A stretch of 32,000 nucleotides of DNA from Ruminococcus albus 7 = DSM 20455 (GCF_000179635.2 NC_014833.1:1500001-1532000); one strand, 5' to 3'. Positions 23,153 to 31,112 are shown, counted from the first letter of the stretch. The notes: generated by a model not told the origin, from the letters alone. Translations and numbers: made by a program.

Positions 23153-23329
23153 ATGACGGCATGGTTAAGCGCAAATATTGGAAACATAATCGTTATCATA
23201 ATACTTGCTGCAGTGATAGCTGCAGCAGTGCGCAGTGTGATAAAGGATAAAAGGTCCGGAAAGAGCAGCTGCGGCAGCGGCTGTGCGCACTGTGCACTTC
23301 ACGATAAGTGCCATGCCGGCAGGAAATAA
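23153..23329 (+). CDS. FeoB-associated Cys-rich membrane peptide (58 aa; not in the ORF track)
   Basis: AAGGAGG RBS. One TM helix (IGNIIVIIILAAVIAAAV) followed by SSCGSGCAHCALHDKCH. Starts 15 nt after the feoB stop. Confidence 0.75.
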   Translation: MTAWLSANIGNIIVIIILAAVIAAAVRSVIKDKRSGKSSCGSGCAHCALHDKCHAGRK

Positions 23330-23361
23330 GCCAAAATATGATCTCCCATATTCTGCAGAGT

Positions 23362-23396
23362 ACCCCCGTATCCTGATCGTGGATACGGGGGTTCTT
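23362..23396 (+). terminator. Probable terminator of the feo operon
   Basis: 12-bp stem acccccgtatcc/ggatacgggggt. The U-tract is weak (tctt). Confidence 0.5.
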
Positions 23397-23401
23397 ACAT
23401 A

Positions 23402-23437
23402 CAAAAAAATGCTGCACAGCTTACCGCCGTGCAGCAT
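23402..23437 (-). terminator. Rho-independent terminator of the DUF2325 gene
   Basis: Stem atgctgcac/gtgcagcat followed by T7 on the minus strand. Confidence 0.75.
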
Positions 23438-23447
23438 TTGTATGTTG

Positions 23448-23729
23448 TCAGCTTCTGTATTCGCTGAGAAGGTTCTTCAGTGCGCTTGCACTTGATGAAT
23501 GAAGATGTCTTACAGGTGTGCCCGACTTTTCTGTGTGCTTTTTCACACCGCCGAGCATTTTATGTGAACACGTTCCCGTGAATACAATAACAAGATCGGG
23601 TTTGCCTATCTTGTTTTCAAAATCGGCAGGCATCTGGGTGAATACTTTTGACTTGCATTTGTATGAACTGCATATATCCTTGTATCGTCCTGCCATACGG
23701 TCGTTGCCGCCTACTATAACTACGCTCAT
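23448..23729 (-). CDS. DUF2325 domain protein
   Basis: MSVVIVGGNDRM...PDLVIVFTGTCSHKM...HLHSSSASALKNLL matches my memory of the DUF2325 pattern (GG...D-x-V-I-x-F-T-x-x-x-S-H...SSS). AAAGGAG RBS. Confidence 0.65.
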   Translation of the reverse strand: MSVVIVGGNDRMAGRYKDICSSYKCKSKVFTQMPADFENKIGKPDLVIVFTGTCSHKMLGGVKKHTEKSGTPVRHLHSSSASALKNLLSEYRS

Positions 23730-23749
23730 TTTATACTCCTTTCGTTGTG

Positions 23750-23765
23750 GTTATATAAGACTAAC
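23750..23765. promoter_or_regulatory. One-mismatch palindrome copy in the DUF2325 leader
   Basis: GTTATataagaCTAAC. Confidence 0.35.
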
Positions 23766-23783
23766 TAAGTACTTCTAAAAACG

Positions 23784-23799
23784 GTTAGCAGTAACTAAC
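23784..23799. promoter_or_regulatory. Perfect GTTAG-N6-CTAAC palindrome 7 nt after the DUF2325 -10 hexamer (candidate operator)
   Basis: cGGTTAGcagtaaCTAACCg. The arms extend to 7 bp. Confidence 0.55.
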
Positions 23800-23806
23800 C
23801 GACAAT

Positions 23807-23835
23807 ATTATAACATAGAGCATCTGATTTGTCAA
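23807..23835 (-). promoter_or_regulatory. Consensus SigA promoter (TTGACA-17-TATAAT) of the DUF2325 gene
   Basis: The minus strand reads TTGACAaatcagatgctctatgtTATAAT. Confidence 0.6.
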
Positions 23836-23880
23836 GAGTTTTATTCAAATTATTTAATCAGCCCGCTGACACGATACATC

Positions 23881-23897
23881 TGTACTGTAACAGTACA
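23881..23897. promoter_or_regulatory. Perfect 17-bp palindrome TGTACTGTAACAGTACA in the DUF2325/iorA intergenic region
   Basis: 8-bp arms around a central A. It lies 45 nt beyond the DUF2325 -35 and about 100 nt upstream of the iorA -35. Confidence 0.4.
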
Positions 23898-23999
23898 TCT
23901 CTTTAAAAGCGTACTTATCAAACTGCATCAAATGATTATCGGAGCGTCATTCAATACCGATATGGAATTTTATGGTCTAAAAAACTTATATCATACCTC

Positions 24000-24028
24000 T
24001 TGCAATTCGCGGCTGAGTATGATATAAT
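24000..24028 (+). promoter_or_regulatory. SigA-type promoter (TTGCAA-17-TATAAT) of the ior operon
   Basis: TTGCAAttcgcggctgagtatgaTATAAT. Confidence 0.55.
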
Positions 24029-24121
24029 AAATTTATGTATCTATAAGGTATAATTTATCTTTGACGTATCACACGAAATGAAGGCTGCATAAAGCAGTCC
24101 TGCATGAAAGGAAAGAGAGCT

Positions 24122-25858
24122 ATGAAAAAACTGATGCTTGGTAATGAGGCATTTGCCAGAGGTCTTTATGAGGCGGGCTGTAAGGTCGTTTCTTCTTACC
24201 CGGGTACACCCTCTACCGAGATAACCGAGGCTGCTGCTAAGTATGATGAGATATATGCTGAGTGGGCACCGAATGAGAAAGTCGCTATGGAGGTGGCACT
24301 GGGCGCTTCCATCGCAGGTGTAAGAAGCTTCTGCGGAATGAAGCACGTTGGTCTTAACGTTGCTGCCGATCCGCTGTATACCGCAGGCTATACAGGCGTT
24401 ACAGGCGGTATGGTCATCGCTGTTGCTGATGACCCCGGTATGCATTCTTCACAGAACGAACAGGATTCCCGTCATCACGCTGCGGCTTCAAAGACAATGA
24501 TGATCGAACCCTCCGATTCTGCTGAGTGCAAGGAGTACACAAAGATGGCATTCGAGCTTTCCGAAAAGTTCGATGTGCCTGTTATAGTAAGAATGTCCAC
24601 AAGAGTGGCACATTCACAGTCTGCAGTTGAACTCTGCGACAGGGAAGAGCGCGAGCCTATACCTTACGAGAAGAACGCTGCCAAGTACGTTATGATGCCC
24701 GGCAACGCTATCCGCAGACACCCGATCGTTGAGGACAGGATGAGAGCTATCGCTGAGTACGGCGAGAACTGCCCCCTCAATACAGTTGAGTATAATGATA
24801 CCGAGATCGGTGTTGTTACCGCAGGTATCTGCTACCAGTACGCAAAGGAAGCACTGGGCAACAAGGTAAGCTACCTGAAGCTGGGTATCGTTAACCCCAT
24901 GCCTGTGAATATCATCAAGGACTTCGCTTCAAAGTGCAAGAAGATAATCGTTATCGAGGAACTCGACGACGTTATCGAAACACACTGCAAGAAGAACGGT
25001 ATCGAATGTCAGGGTAAGGAACTCTTCGGCTGGCTGGGTGAGATCAATCAGGTCATCATCAGGGATAAGGTACTGGGTATCAAGCCAGAGTTCGATACAT
25101 TCGAGGACACTGTTCCCGTTAGACCCCCCGTTATGTGTGCAGGCTGCCCTCACAGAGGTTTGTTCTACTGCCTGAGCAAGCTGAAAGTGACTGTATCGGG
25201 CGATATCGGATGCTATACACTGGGTGCTACCGCTCCTCTGTGCGCTATGGATTCCACTATATGCATGGGCGCTTCCATATCCGCACTCCACGGCTACAAC
25301 AAGGCACTGGGCGCTGATGCTGAGAAGAAGTCTGTTGCTGTTATCGGTGATTCCACTTTCATGCACAGCGGTATGACAGGTCTTGTTAATATAGCTTACA
25401 ACGCTACAAATTCCACAGTTATCATACTGGATAACTCCATAACAGGTATGACAGGTCATCAGCAGAACCCCACCACAGGCAAGAACCTCAAGGGCGACCC
25501 TGCTGCTGCTGTAAATCTTGAAGAACTCTGCCACGCTATCGGCATCAAGAGCGTACGCGTAGTTGATCCTTATCACATGGCTGAAACCGAAGCAGTCATC
25601 AAGGAAGAACTTGCAAAGGAAGAACCTTCCGTTATCATTTCAAGAAGACCCTGCGCTCTGCTGAAATACGTTAAGCACAAGCCCGCACTCCACTGCGATC
25701 AGGACAAGTGCGTAGGCTGCAAGCAGTGTCTGAAGATCGGATGTCCGGCAATATCTATCCACGACGGCAAGATGGTCATAGACCATACTCAGTGCGTAGG
25801 CTGCGGTATCTGCACCGAGATGTGCAAGCTGGGCGCTATCAAGGGAAATGAAGAATAA
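24122..25858 (+). CDS. iorA: Indolepyruvate:ferredoxin oxidoreductase, alpha subunit
   Basis: Start trimmed to MKKLMLGNEAFARGLYEAGCKVVSSYPGTPSTEI. TPP-binding GDSTFMHSG. C-terminal 2x[4Fe-4S] CVGCKQCLKIGCP / CVGCGICTEMC. Confidence 0.9.
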   Translation: MKKLMLGNEAFARGLYEAGCKVVSSYPGTPSTEITEAAAKYDEIYAEWAPNEKVAMEVALGASIAGVRSFCGMKHVGLNVAADPLYTAGYTGVTGGMVIAVADDPGMHSSQNEQDSRHHAAASKTMMIEPSDSAECKEYTKMAFELSEKFDVPVIVRMSTRVAHSQSAVELCDREEREPIPYEKNAAKYVMMPGNAIRRHPIVEDRMRAIAEYGENCPLNTVEYNDTEIGVVTAGICYQYAKEALGNKVSYLKLGIVNPMPVNIIKDFASKCKKIIVIEELDDVIETHCKKNGIECQGKELFGWLGEINQVIIRDKVLGIKPEFDTFEDTVPVRPPVMCAGCPHRGLFYCLSKLKVTVSGDIGCYTLGATAPLCAMDSTICMGASISALHGYNKALGADAEKKSVAVIGDSTFMHSGMTGLVNIAYNATNSTVIILDNSITGMTGHQQNPTTGKNLKGDPAAAVNLEELCHAIGIKSVRVVDPYHMAETEAVIKEELAKEEPSVIISRRPCALLKYVKHKPALHCDQDKCVGCKQCLKIGCPAISIHDGKMVIDHTQCVGCGICTEMCKLGAIKGNEE

Positions 25859-25873
25859 CAGTGAGGTAAATAT

Positions 25874-26290
25874 ATGGATTTTGATAATGATGACAGCAAG
25901 GTAGCCGGTACCGTCGGTGCTTTGATAGGTGCAGCACTTGCAATAGGTCTGTGGTGTCTTATAGGGCTTCTTGGCAGAGTGGCTGTGATCGGTGGTGTTG
26001 CACTGTTTTTAGGTGCTTACGGCGGATATTATCTGCTTGGGAAAGGTATGAGCAAGGTAGGACTTATAATCTCGACAGTAATAGTTTTGATATCTGTGTA
26101 CGTGGCTACAAGACTTAACTGGGCTATATCCATTTCAAGAGCAACCGATATGTCGGTCTCAGAGTGCTACAAGATGCTTCCGAAGCTTATCAAATTGGCT
26201 GCAGCATCCGGATCTTTCTATAAGGATCTTGTTGTTGGATACCTGATAACCTTTTTCGGCGGAGTCGTTTTGATGGCAAAGATGAGATGA
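25874..26290 (+). CDS. Small 4-TM membrane protein, paralog 1 (unknown family)
   Basis: GAGG RBS, 15 nt after the iorA stop. Four predicted hydrophobic helices. Shares GALIGA..G.WCLIG.LG...GY.LLG.GMS..G...TR.NWAI...FY.DL.VGY with the next gene. Confidence 0.7.
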   Translation: MDFDNDDSKVAGTVGALIGAALAIGLWCLIGLLGRVAVIGGVALFLGAYGGYYLLGKGMSKVGLIISTVIVLISVYVATRLNWAISISRATDMSVSECYKMLPKLIKLAAASGSFYKDLVVGYLITFFGGVVLMAKMR

Positions 26291-26465
26291 ACTTAAATAC
26301 TGTTACCGGAATTAAGAGTGAATGATGTATATGATCTATACTGCAGTATCCGGATCGGTACCTATGGGCAGTCATTGATATAAATGTCTGCTTTGCGGGA
26401 TCTGAATGTATTTCGGCGATACATACAGAACGGATCTGCATTGGAAAAAATATGAGGATATTAAA

Positions 26466-26879
26466 ATGTATGATAATAAAATAAAAGGGACGATAGGCGC
26501 ACTTATAGGTGCATTCCTTGGAATGGGTGTTTGGTGTCTTATCGGTGCCCTCGGCATTATGGCTGGTCTTGGCGGAGCAGCTATATGTATATGTACCATA
26601 ATGGGGTACAAGCTGCTGGGCGAAGGTATGAGCAGGATAGGTGCAGCAATTGTATTCGTGATAATAGTTGCCACGGTGTATTTTTCCACACGTATGAACT
26701 GGGCGATAGAGCTCCATAAGCTTGCACCCCAGTATTCTCTTGGCAAGTGCTTCAATAAGGTGCTGCGTCTGCTGAAGATGTTCGGCATTGAAGGACGTTT
26801 CTATCTTGACCTGCTCGTAGGTTACATACTTACGATATTAGGTTTCTTCTGGGCAAGAAGAAAATTCCCGAGTCTGTGA
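26466..26879 (+). CDS. Small 4-TM membrane protein, paralog 2 (unknown family)
   Basis: Start trimmed to the ATG at 26466 behind GAGGA. Roughly half of the first 77 aligned residues are identical to paralog 1, counted by eye. Confidence 0.7.
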   Translation: MYDNKIKGTIGALIGAFLGMGVWCLIGALGIMAGLGGAAICICTIMGYKLLGEGMSRIGAAIVFVIIVATVYFSTRMNWAIELHKLAPQYSLGKCFNKVLRLLKMFGIEGRFYLDLLVGYILTILGFFWARRKFPSL

Positions 26880-26940
26880 TATGCGGAACCAAGACGGCGA
26901 TATTAAGATAATATACGTTAACTATAAGGAGTTGTAATAA

Positions 26941-27516
26941 ATGGAAACTAAGTCTATTATGATAGTCGGCGTAGGCGGACAGGGTTCGCTGCTGGCTTCA
27001 AGGATATTAGGTAATGTACTGCTCTCGCAGGGCTTTGATGTAAAGGTCAGCGAGGTACACGGCATGAGCCAGCGCGGCGGCTCGGTAGTTACCTATGTAA
27101 AATACGGCGATAAGGTGTATTCACCAGTTGTTGAAAAGGGCGAGGCTGATATCATCATCAGCTTTGAGACACTTGAGGCTGCAAGATATGTGCAGTACCT
27201 GAAAAAGGGCGGTCATATAGTAACCTCTACCCAGCAGATAGACCCAATGCCCGTTATCAACGGTACTGCTGTATATCCCGATGATATCATCGGCAAGCTG
27301 AAAAAGCAGGGTATCAGCGTTGTTGACGTTGATGCGCTGACACTGGCTGAACAGGCAGGTACAGCTAAGGCTTCAAACGTTGTGCTCATGGGTGTTGTGT
27401 CCATGAAAATGGACTTTTCCGAGGACGTATGGCAGGCAGCACTGGAAAGCTGCGTTCCTGCTAAGTTCCTGGAGCTTAACAAGAAGGCTTTTGCTCTCGG
27501 CAGAGCAGCAGTCTGA
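26941..27516 (+). CDS. iorB: Indolepyruvate:ferredoxin oxidoreductase, beta subunit
   Basis: IMIVGVGGQGSLLASRILG...HGMSQRGGSV is a typical IorB/POR-gamma-like motif. Confidence 0.9.
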   Translation: METKSIMIVGVGGQGSLLASRILGNVLLSQGFDVKVSEVHGMSQRGGSVVTYVKYGDKVYSPVVEKGEADIIISFETLEAARYVQYLKKGGHIVTSTQQIDPMPVINGTAVYPDDIIGKLKKQGISVVDVDALTLAEQAGTAKASNVVLMGVVSMKMDFSEDVWQAALESCVPAKFLELNKKAFALGRAAV

Positions 27517-27742
27517 AAATAATCTATCGGATAAGTGCAGCCGTTGCACGTAACGGCTGTCAGAGTGAACGGCATAAGTTTCATGAGATCAGACCGTCTG
27601 GCTGAACTATAGGGATTATGTCGTTTACTAAAAACCAAAGCGATTTAGCGGTTTAAAATATCAAATTTACAAAGGAAAATATCGGTAATATATGGTATGG
27701 AATGGATATTCGTACATATCTTACCAGAAGGAGTGTGAGCCA

Positions 27743-29056
27743 ATGGCTGAGAAGATCTATTGGAACAAGGATATCGAGACTATGGAACTCGATAAGATGA
27801 AAGCTCTCCAGAGTGAGAGGCTTGTCAAGCAGGTAAGACACGTATGGGATAACGTTCCTTACTACCGTCATCTGATGGAGGAAAAGGGAGTTACTCCCGA
27901 TGATATCAAGGGTATCGACGATCTCCACAAGCTGCCTTTTATCTCTAAGGCTGACCTGAGAGACAATTATCCTGACGGTCTGCTGGCAGTGCCTAAGTCA
28001 GAATGCGTTCGCATACACGCTACCAGCGGTACTACAGGCAAGAGAGCGATTGCTTTCTATACCCAGAACGATGTTGATCTGTGGGAGAACTGCGTTGCCC
28101 GCGCTATCACAGCAGCAGGCGGTACAAAGGATGACGTTGTACACGTAGCATACGGCTACGGACTTTTCACAGGCGGTCTGGGAGTTCACGGAGGTTCTCA
28201 TAAGGTGGGATGTCTGACACTGCCTGTATCCTCAGGCAATACCGAAAGACAGATACAGTTCATGCAGGATCTTGGTTCTACCATACTCTGCTGTACACCT
28301 TCCTATGCGGCATACATAGGCGAAACACTGCAGGAAATGGGACTTACTCCCGATGATATCAAGCTCAAGGCAGGTATCTTCGGTGCTGAGCCCTGGACAG
28401 AGGAGATGCGCAAGCAGATCGAGCAGAGCCTGGGCATAAAGGCTTATGATATCTATGGTCTTACAGAGACTTCCGGTCCCGGTGTGGCTTTTGAATGTGA
28501 AGAGCAGACAGGTATGCATATAAACGAGGATCACTTCATCGCTGAGATAATAGATCCCGAAACCGGTGAAGTTCTTCCCGAGGGCGAAAAGGGCGAGCTG
28601 GTGTTCACAAGTATCACCAAGGAAGCATTCCCCCTGCTTAGATACCGCACAAGGGATATATGCATACTCAACCGCAAAAAATGTTCCTGCGGCAGAACAC
28701 TCATCAAGATGTGTAAGCCTATGGGCAGAAGCGATGATATGCTGATAATCAAGGGCGTAAATGTATTCCCGTCCCAGATAGAAACTGTACTGCTGAAGGA
28801 CTTCAAGGCACAGCCCAACTATCAGATCGTAGTTGACAGAATAGGTAATGCTGATACCTTTGAGATCAAGGTAGAACTGACAGACGATATGATCGGTGAT
28901 ACCATAAAGTCCGTATCCGAGCTTGAAAAGAAGCTAAGCGCTGATATCGTACAGATACTCGGCATAAAGGCTAAGATAAGCCTTGTTGAGCCTAAGAGCA
29001 TCCCGCGTTCCGAGGGCAAGGCTGTAAGAGTTATCGACAAGAGGAAACTGGTATGA
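27743..29056 (+). CDS. paaK: Phenylacetate-CoA ligase family protein
   Basis: Start trimmed to MAEKIYWNKDIETM behind GAAGGAG. AMP-binding HATSGTTGK and YGLTE. C-terminal PaaK-type domain. Confidence 0.9.
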   Translation: MAEKIYWNKDIETMELDKMKALQSERLVKQVRHVWDNVPYYRHLMEEKGVTPDDIKGIDDLHKLPFISKADLRDNYPDGLLAVPKSECVRIHATSGTTGKRAIAFYTQNDVDLWENCVARAITAAGGTKDDVVHVAYGYGLFTGGLGVHGGSHKVGCLTLPVSSGNTERQIQFMQDLGSTILCCTPSYAAYIGETLQEMGLTPDDIKLKAGIFGAEPWTEEMRKQIEQSLGIKAYDIYGLTETSGPGVAFECEEQTGMHINEDHFIAEIIDPETGEVLPEGEKGELVFTSITKEAFPLLRYRTRDICILNRKKCSCGRTLIKMCKPMGRSDDMLIIKGVNVFPSQIETVLLKDFKAQPNYQIVVDRIGNADTFEIKVELTDDMIGDTIKSVSELEKKLSADIVQILGIKAKISLVEPKSIPRSEGKAVRVIDKRKLV

Positions 29057-29556
29057 GTTGTCTTGGTGTGCTTTTTGCAGTTCCCGAAGATGTTGTCAGA
29101 AAACTCGGAGATATGCCGCTGGAAGAACGTCCCGGATATATATCCGAGGAACTGGAAGATGAGTATTTTGAGGAATATCCCGAGCGCACATACGAACTTG
29201 ACAAGTCATGGGACGCTATGCACCGCCTGCTGACAGACGGTACGCTTTGCTTTGGCGGTGAAGGACCTCTGGCAAAGGCTGTTCTCGGCGGTGAGGTGCT
29301 GTACTTCGATGATGACCACGATGATTACATCATAACAGCGAAAACTCCGGACGAAGTCAGAAAAGTCTATGAAGCTTTACTTGGTCTTGAAGACAGTGAT
29401 ATCAAGCGCAGGTACTTTGCTATACCTGCCGATGAGTACGAAGACAAGGGCGAAGAAGACTTTGAGTATACTCTGGAATATCTGCAGGATAGTCTGAGTT
29501 TCTGGAGATATGCGGCTGAACATGGTCTGTGGGTGCTTTTTACGGCCGACCAATAG
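29053..29556 (+). CDS. yfbM: YfbM (DUF1877) family protein
   Basis: 167 aa. ELDKSWDAMHRLLTDG, PLAKAVLGG and a C-terminal LWVLFTAD line up with E. coli YfbM as I recall it. ATG overlaps the paaK TGA (ATGA). Confidence 0.75.
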   Translation: MSCLGVLFAVPEDVVRKLGDMPLEERPGYISEELEDEYFEEYPERTYELDKSWDAMHRLLTDGTLCFGGEGPLAKAVLGGEVLYFDDDHDDYIITAKTPDEVRKVYEALLGLEDSDIKRRYFAIPADEYEDKGEEDFEYTLEYLQDSLSFWRYAAEHGLWVLFTADQ

Positions 29557-29605
29557 AAAGAGATACTTACACAAGTAAACGATAAATAAGAAAGAAGGTC
29601 AGAAA

Positions 29606-30040
29606 ATGACAATAAAGCAGTTATCTATATTTGTTGAAAACAAGCCCGGCAGAATGTCGGACGTTACACATACACTTAAAGACGGCAATATAAATATACG
29701 TGCGATAACTACTGCTGACAGCAGTGATTTCGGTATTTTAAGACTTATCGTTGACGATACCGACAAGGCTATCGAGTGCCTGAAAAAAGCAGATTATCTC
29801 GTCAAGATGACAAACGTTATAGCCGTTACTGCTGAGGACAAGCCCGGCGGAATGGCAGCTATAATGAAGACCCTCTACAAGGCTAACATAAGCGTTGAGT
29901 ATATGTACTCCGCATTCCTTAATCCCTCTGATGTTACAGCCTGCCTGATACTTCGCGTTGACAGCAACGAAAATGCTATCGAGGCGCTGACCGATGCAGG
30001 TTTCAAGCTGCTTTCTGCTGATGATCTGGCAAAGTTCTGA
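29606..30040 (+). CDS. Tandem ACT-domain protein (the type commonly encoded next to paaK)
   Basis: QLSIFVENKPGRMSDVT... and a second VIAVTAEDKPGGMAAIM... ACT beta-alpha-beta starts. Confidence 0.85.
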   Translation: MTIKQLSIFVENKPGRMSDVTHTLKDGNINIRAITTADSSDFGILRLIVDDTDKAIECLKKADYLVKMTNVIAVTAEDKPGGMAAIMKTLYKANISVEYMYSAFLNPSDVTACLILRVDSNENAIEALTDAGFKLLSADDLAKF

Positions 30041-30054
30041 TAAATAGACGATAT

Positions 30055-30101
30055 GCGCTGCTGATACTGCTTATAATAGCAGCTTTGGCAGCGCTGTTTT
30101 C
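30055..30101 (+). terminator. Probable terminator of the ior-paaK operon
   Basis: Outer stem gcgctgc/gcagcgc with inner stem ctgct/agcag, followed by tgttttc. Confidence 0.55.
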
Positions 30102-30119
30102 ATATAACGGAGACAAAAA

Positions 30120-31085
30120 ATGAGAGACAGAAAACTTGATAAAGCCTGCGCCATAAGTGCACTGGCTGTAATGCCGTTTGTTATGTTGCTGTTTATCGCA
30201 GAGTCCGTTGTTAAGGACAAATTTGCACCCAAAACACTGATAGGTGCAGATGGTCTTTTACAGATGAAAAAGTACTGCGTAACGCTGATAGAATATCATG
30301 CAGCAGGCGCGGTGTTTATCTTCATACTTACTATGCTTGCGGCATGGTTATTTCGCAAGTTAAGCGGCAGCAAGAACAATTCGCGGCGCAAAAGTATTAT
30401 CGCAGCAGTTCTGCTTGCGGTGGGTTGGCTGCTTTTATTCCCGATTTATACGGGCTGTGATGTTCAGGCAGAATCCGCAGGCTGCAAGGGCGTTCCTATA
30501 TTTCGTGTGGCAGATCTGCTTACGAAGCTGAACGCAGATATAGATTCTGAGGAAGTTGAAATCGGGTATACGGGTAAGCCCATGTTCGCAAATTATTCCT
30601 ATAGATACTCAAGAAACCAATGGCCCGAAAACGAATACGCCTTTGTTACCCTATCCAAGAAGACCATTGGTCAGATATCACATGAGGACATGAAAAAACT
30701 CAACAATGGTATCTACCGCTATGCCGATCACGAATTCAAGGTCTACAGTAATTCCAGAATTATCGCAAATATTGACGGTGTCGGAAATGTGGATGATATA
30801 TCGCAGGAGGTCATAACTCTGGAGTTCGATCCCGAAACACGTATGATATACCGTGATCTCATCTGTGATGACGAATCCGAATTGCCTATGATGTACTATA
30901 TTTTCAGAAAAAACGGCAGGTTTGTAGCGGAATGTCCTGCTAATAACGATACCGATTGTTATGTATCGGGTGCATACAATAGCAATTTGGAGATATGGAT
31001 AGAAGCACGCGACCTTGTACGCGACAAGACGGTCCGTGTCAGTAATGTCATCACCTGTGAACATACCGAACACATTGAGGAATAA
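30120..31085 (+). CDS. Membrane-anchored hypothetical protein (3 N-terminal TM helices plus a soluble domain of about 200 aa)
   Basis: Long ORF with a GGAG-like RBS and hydrophobic N-terminal segments. No recognisable motif. Confidence 0.55.
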   Translation: MRDRKLDKACAISALAVMPFVMLLFIAESVVKDKFAPKTLIGADGLLQMKKYCVTLIEYHAAGAVFIFILTMLAAWLFRKLSGSKNNSRRKSIIAAVLLAVGWLLLFPIYTGCDVQAESAGCKGVPIFRVADLLTKLNADIDSEEVEIGYTGKPMFANYSYRYSRNQWPENEYAFVTLSKKTIGQISHEDMKKLNNGIYRYADHEFKVYSNSRIIANIDGVGNVDDISQEVITLEFDPETRMIYRDLICDDESELPMMYYIFRKNGRFVAECPANNDTDCYVSGAYNSNLEIWIEARDLVRDKTVRVSNVITCEHTEHIEE

Positions 31086-31112
31086 TAGTACTCGGAAGTC
31101 TGTGAATAAAAT

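Noticed and set aside
23881-23897. Reading the 17-bp palindrome as a LexA SOS box
   Set aside because: The Firmicute SOS box is CGAAC-N4-GTTCG and the E. coli box is CTGT-N8-ACAG. This site has CTGT-N1-ACAG spacing, so neither fits.
24929-25576. 215-aa minus-strand ORF inside iorA
   Set aside because: It is antisense to the iorA TPP-binding region, and it has no RBS.
26190-26788. Two minus-strand ORFs (175 and 138 aa) over the small membrane-protein genes
   Set aside because: They are antisense to the two plus-strand paralogs. Mutual similarity, RBSs and TM periodicity all support the plus-strand reading.
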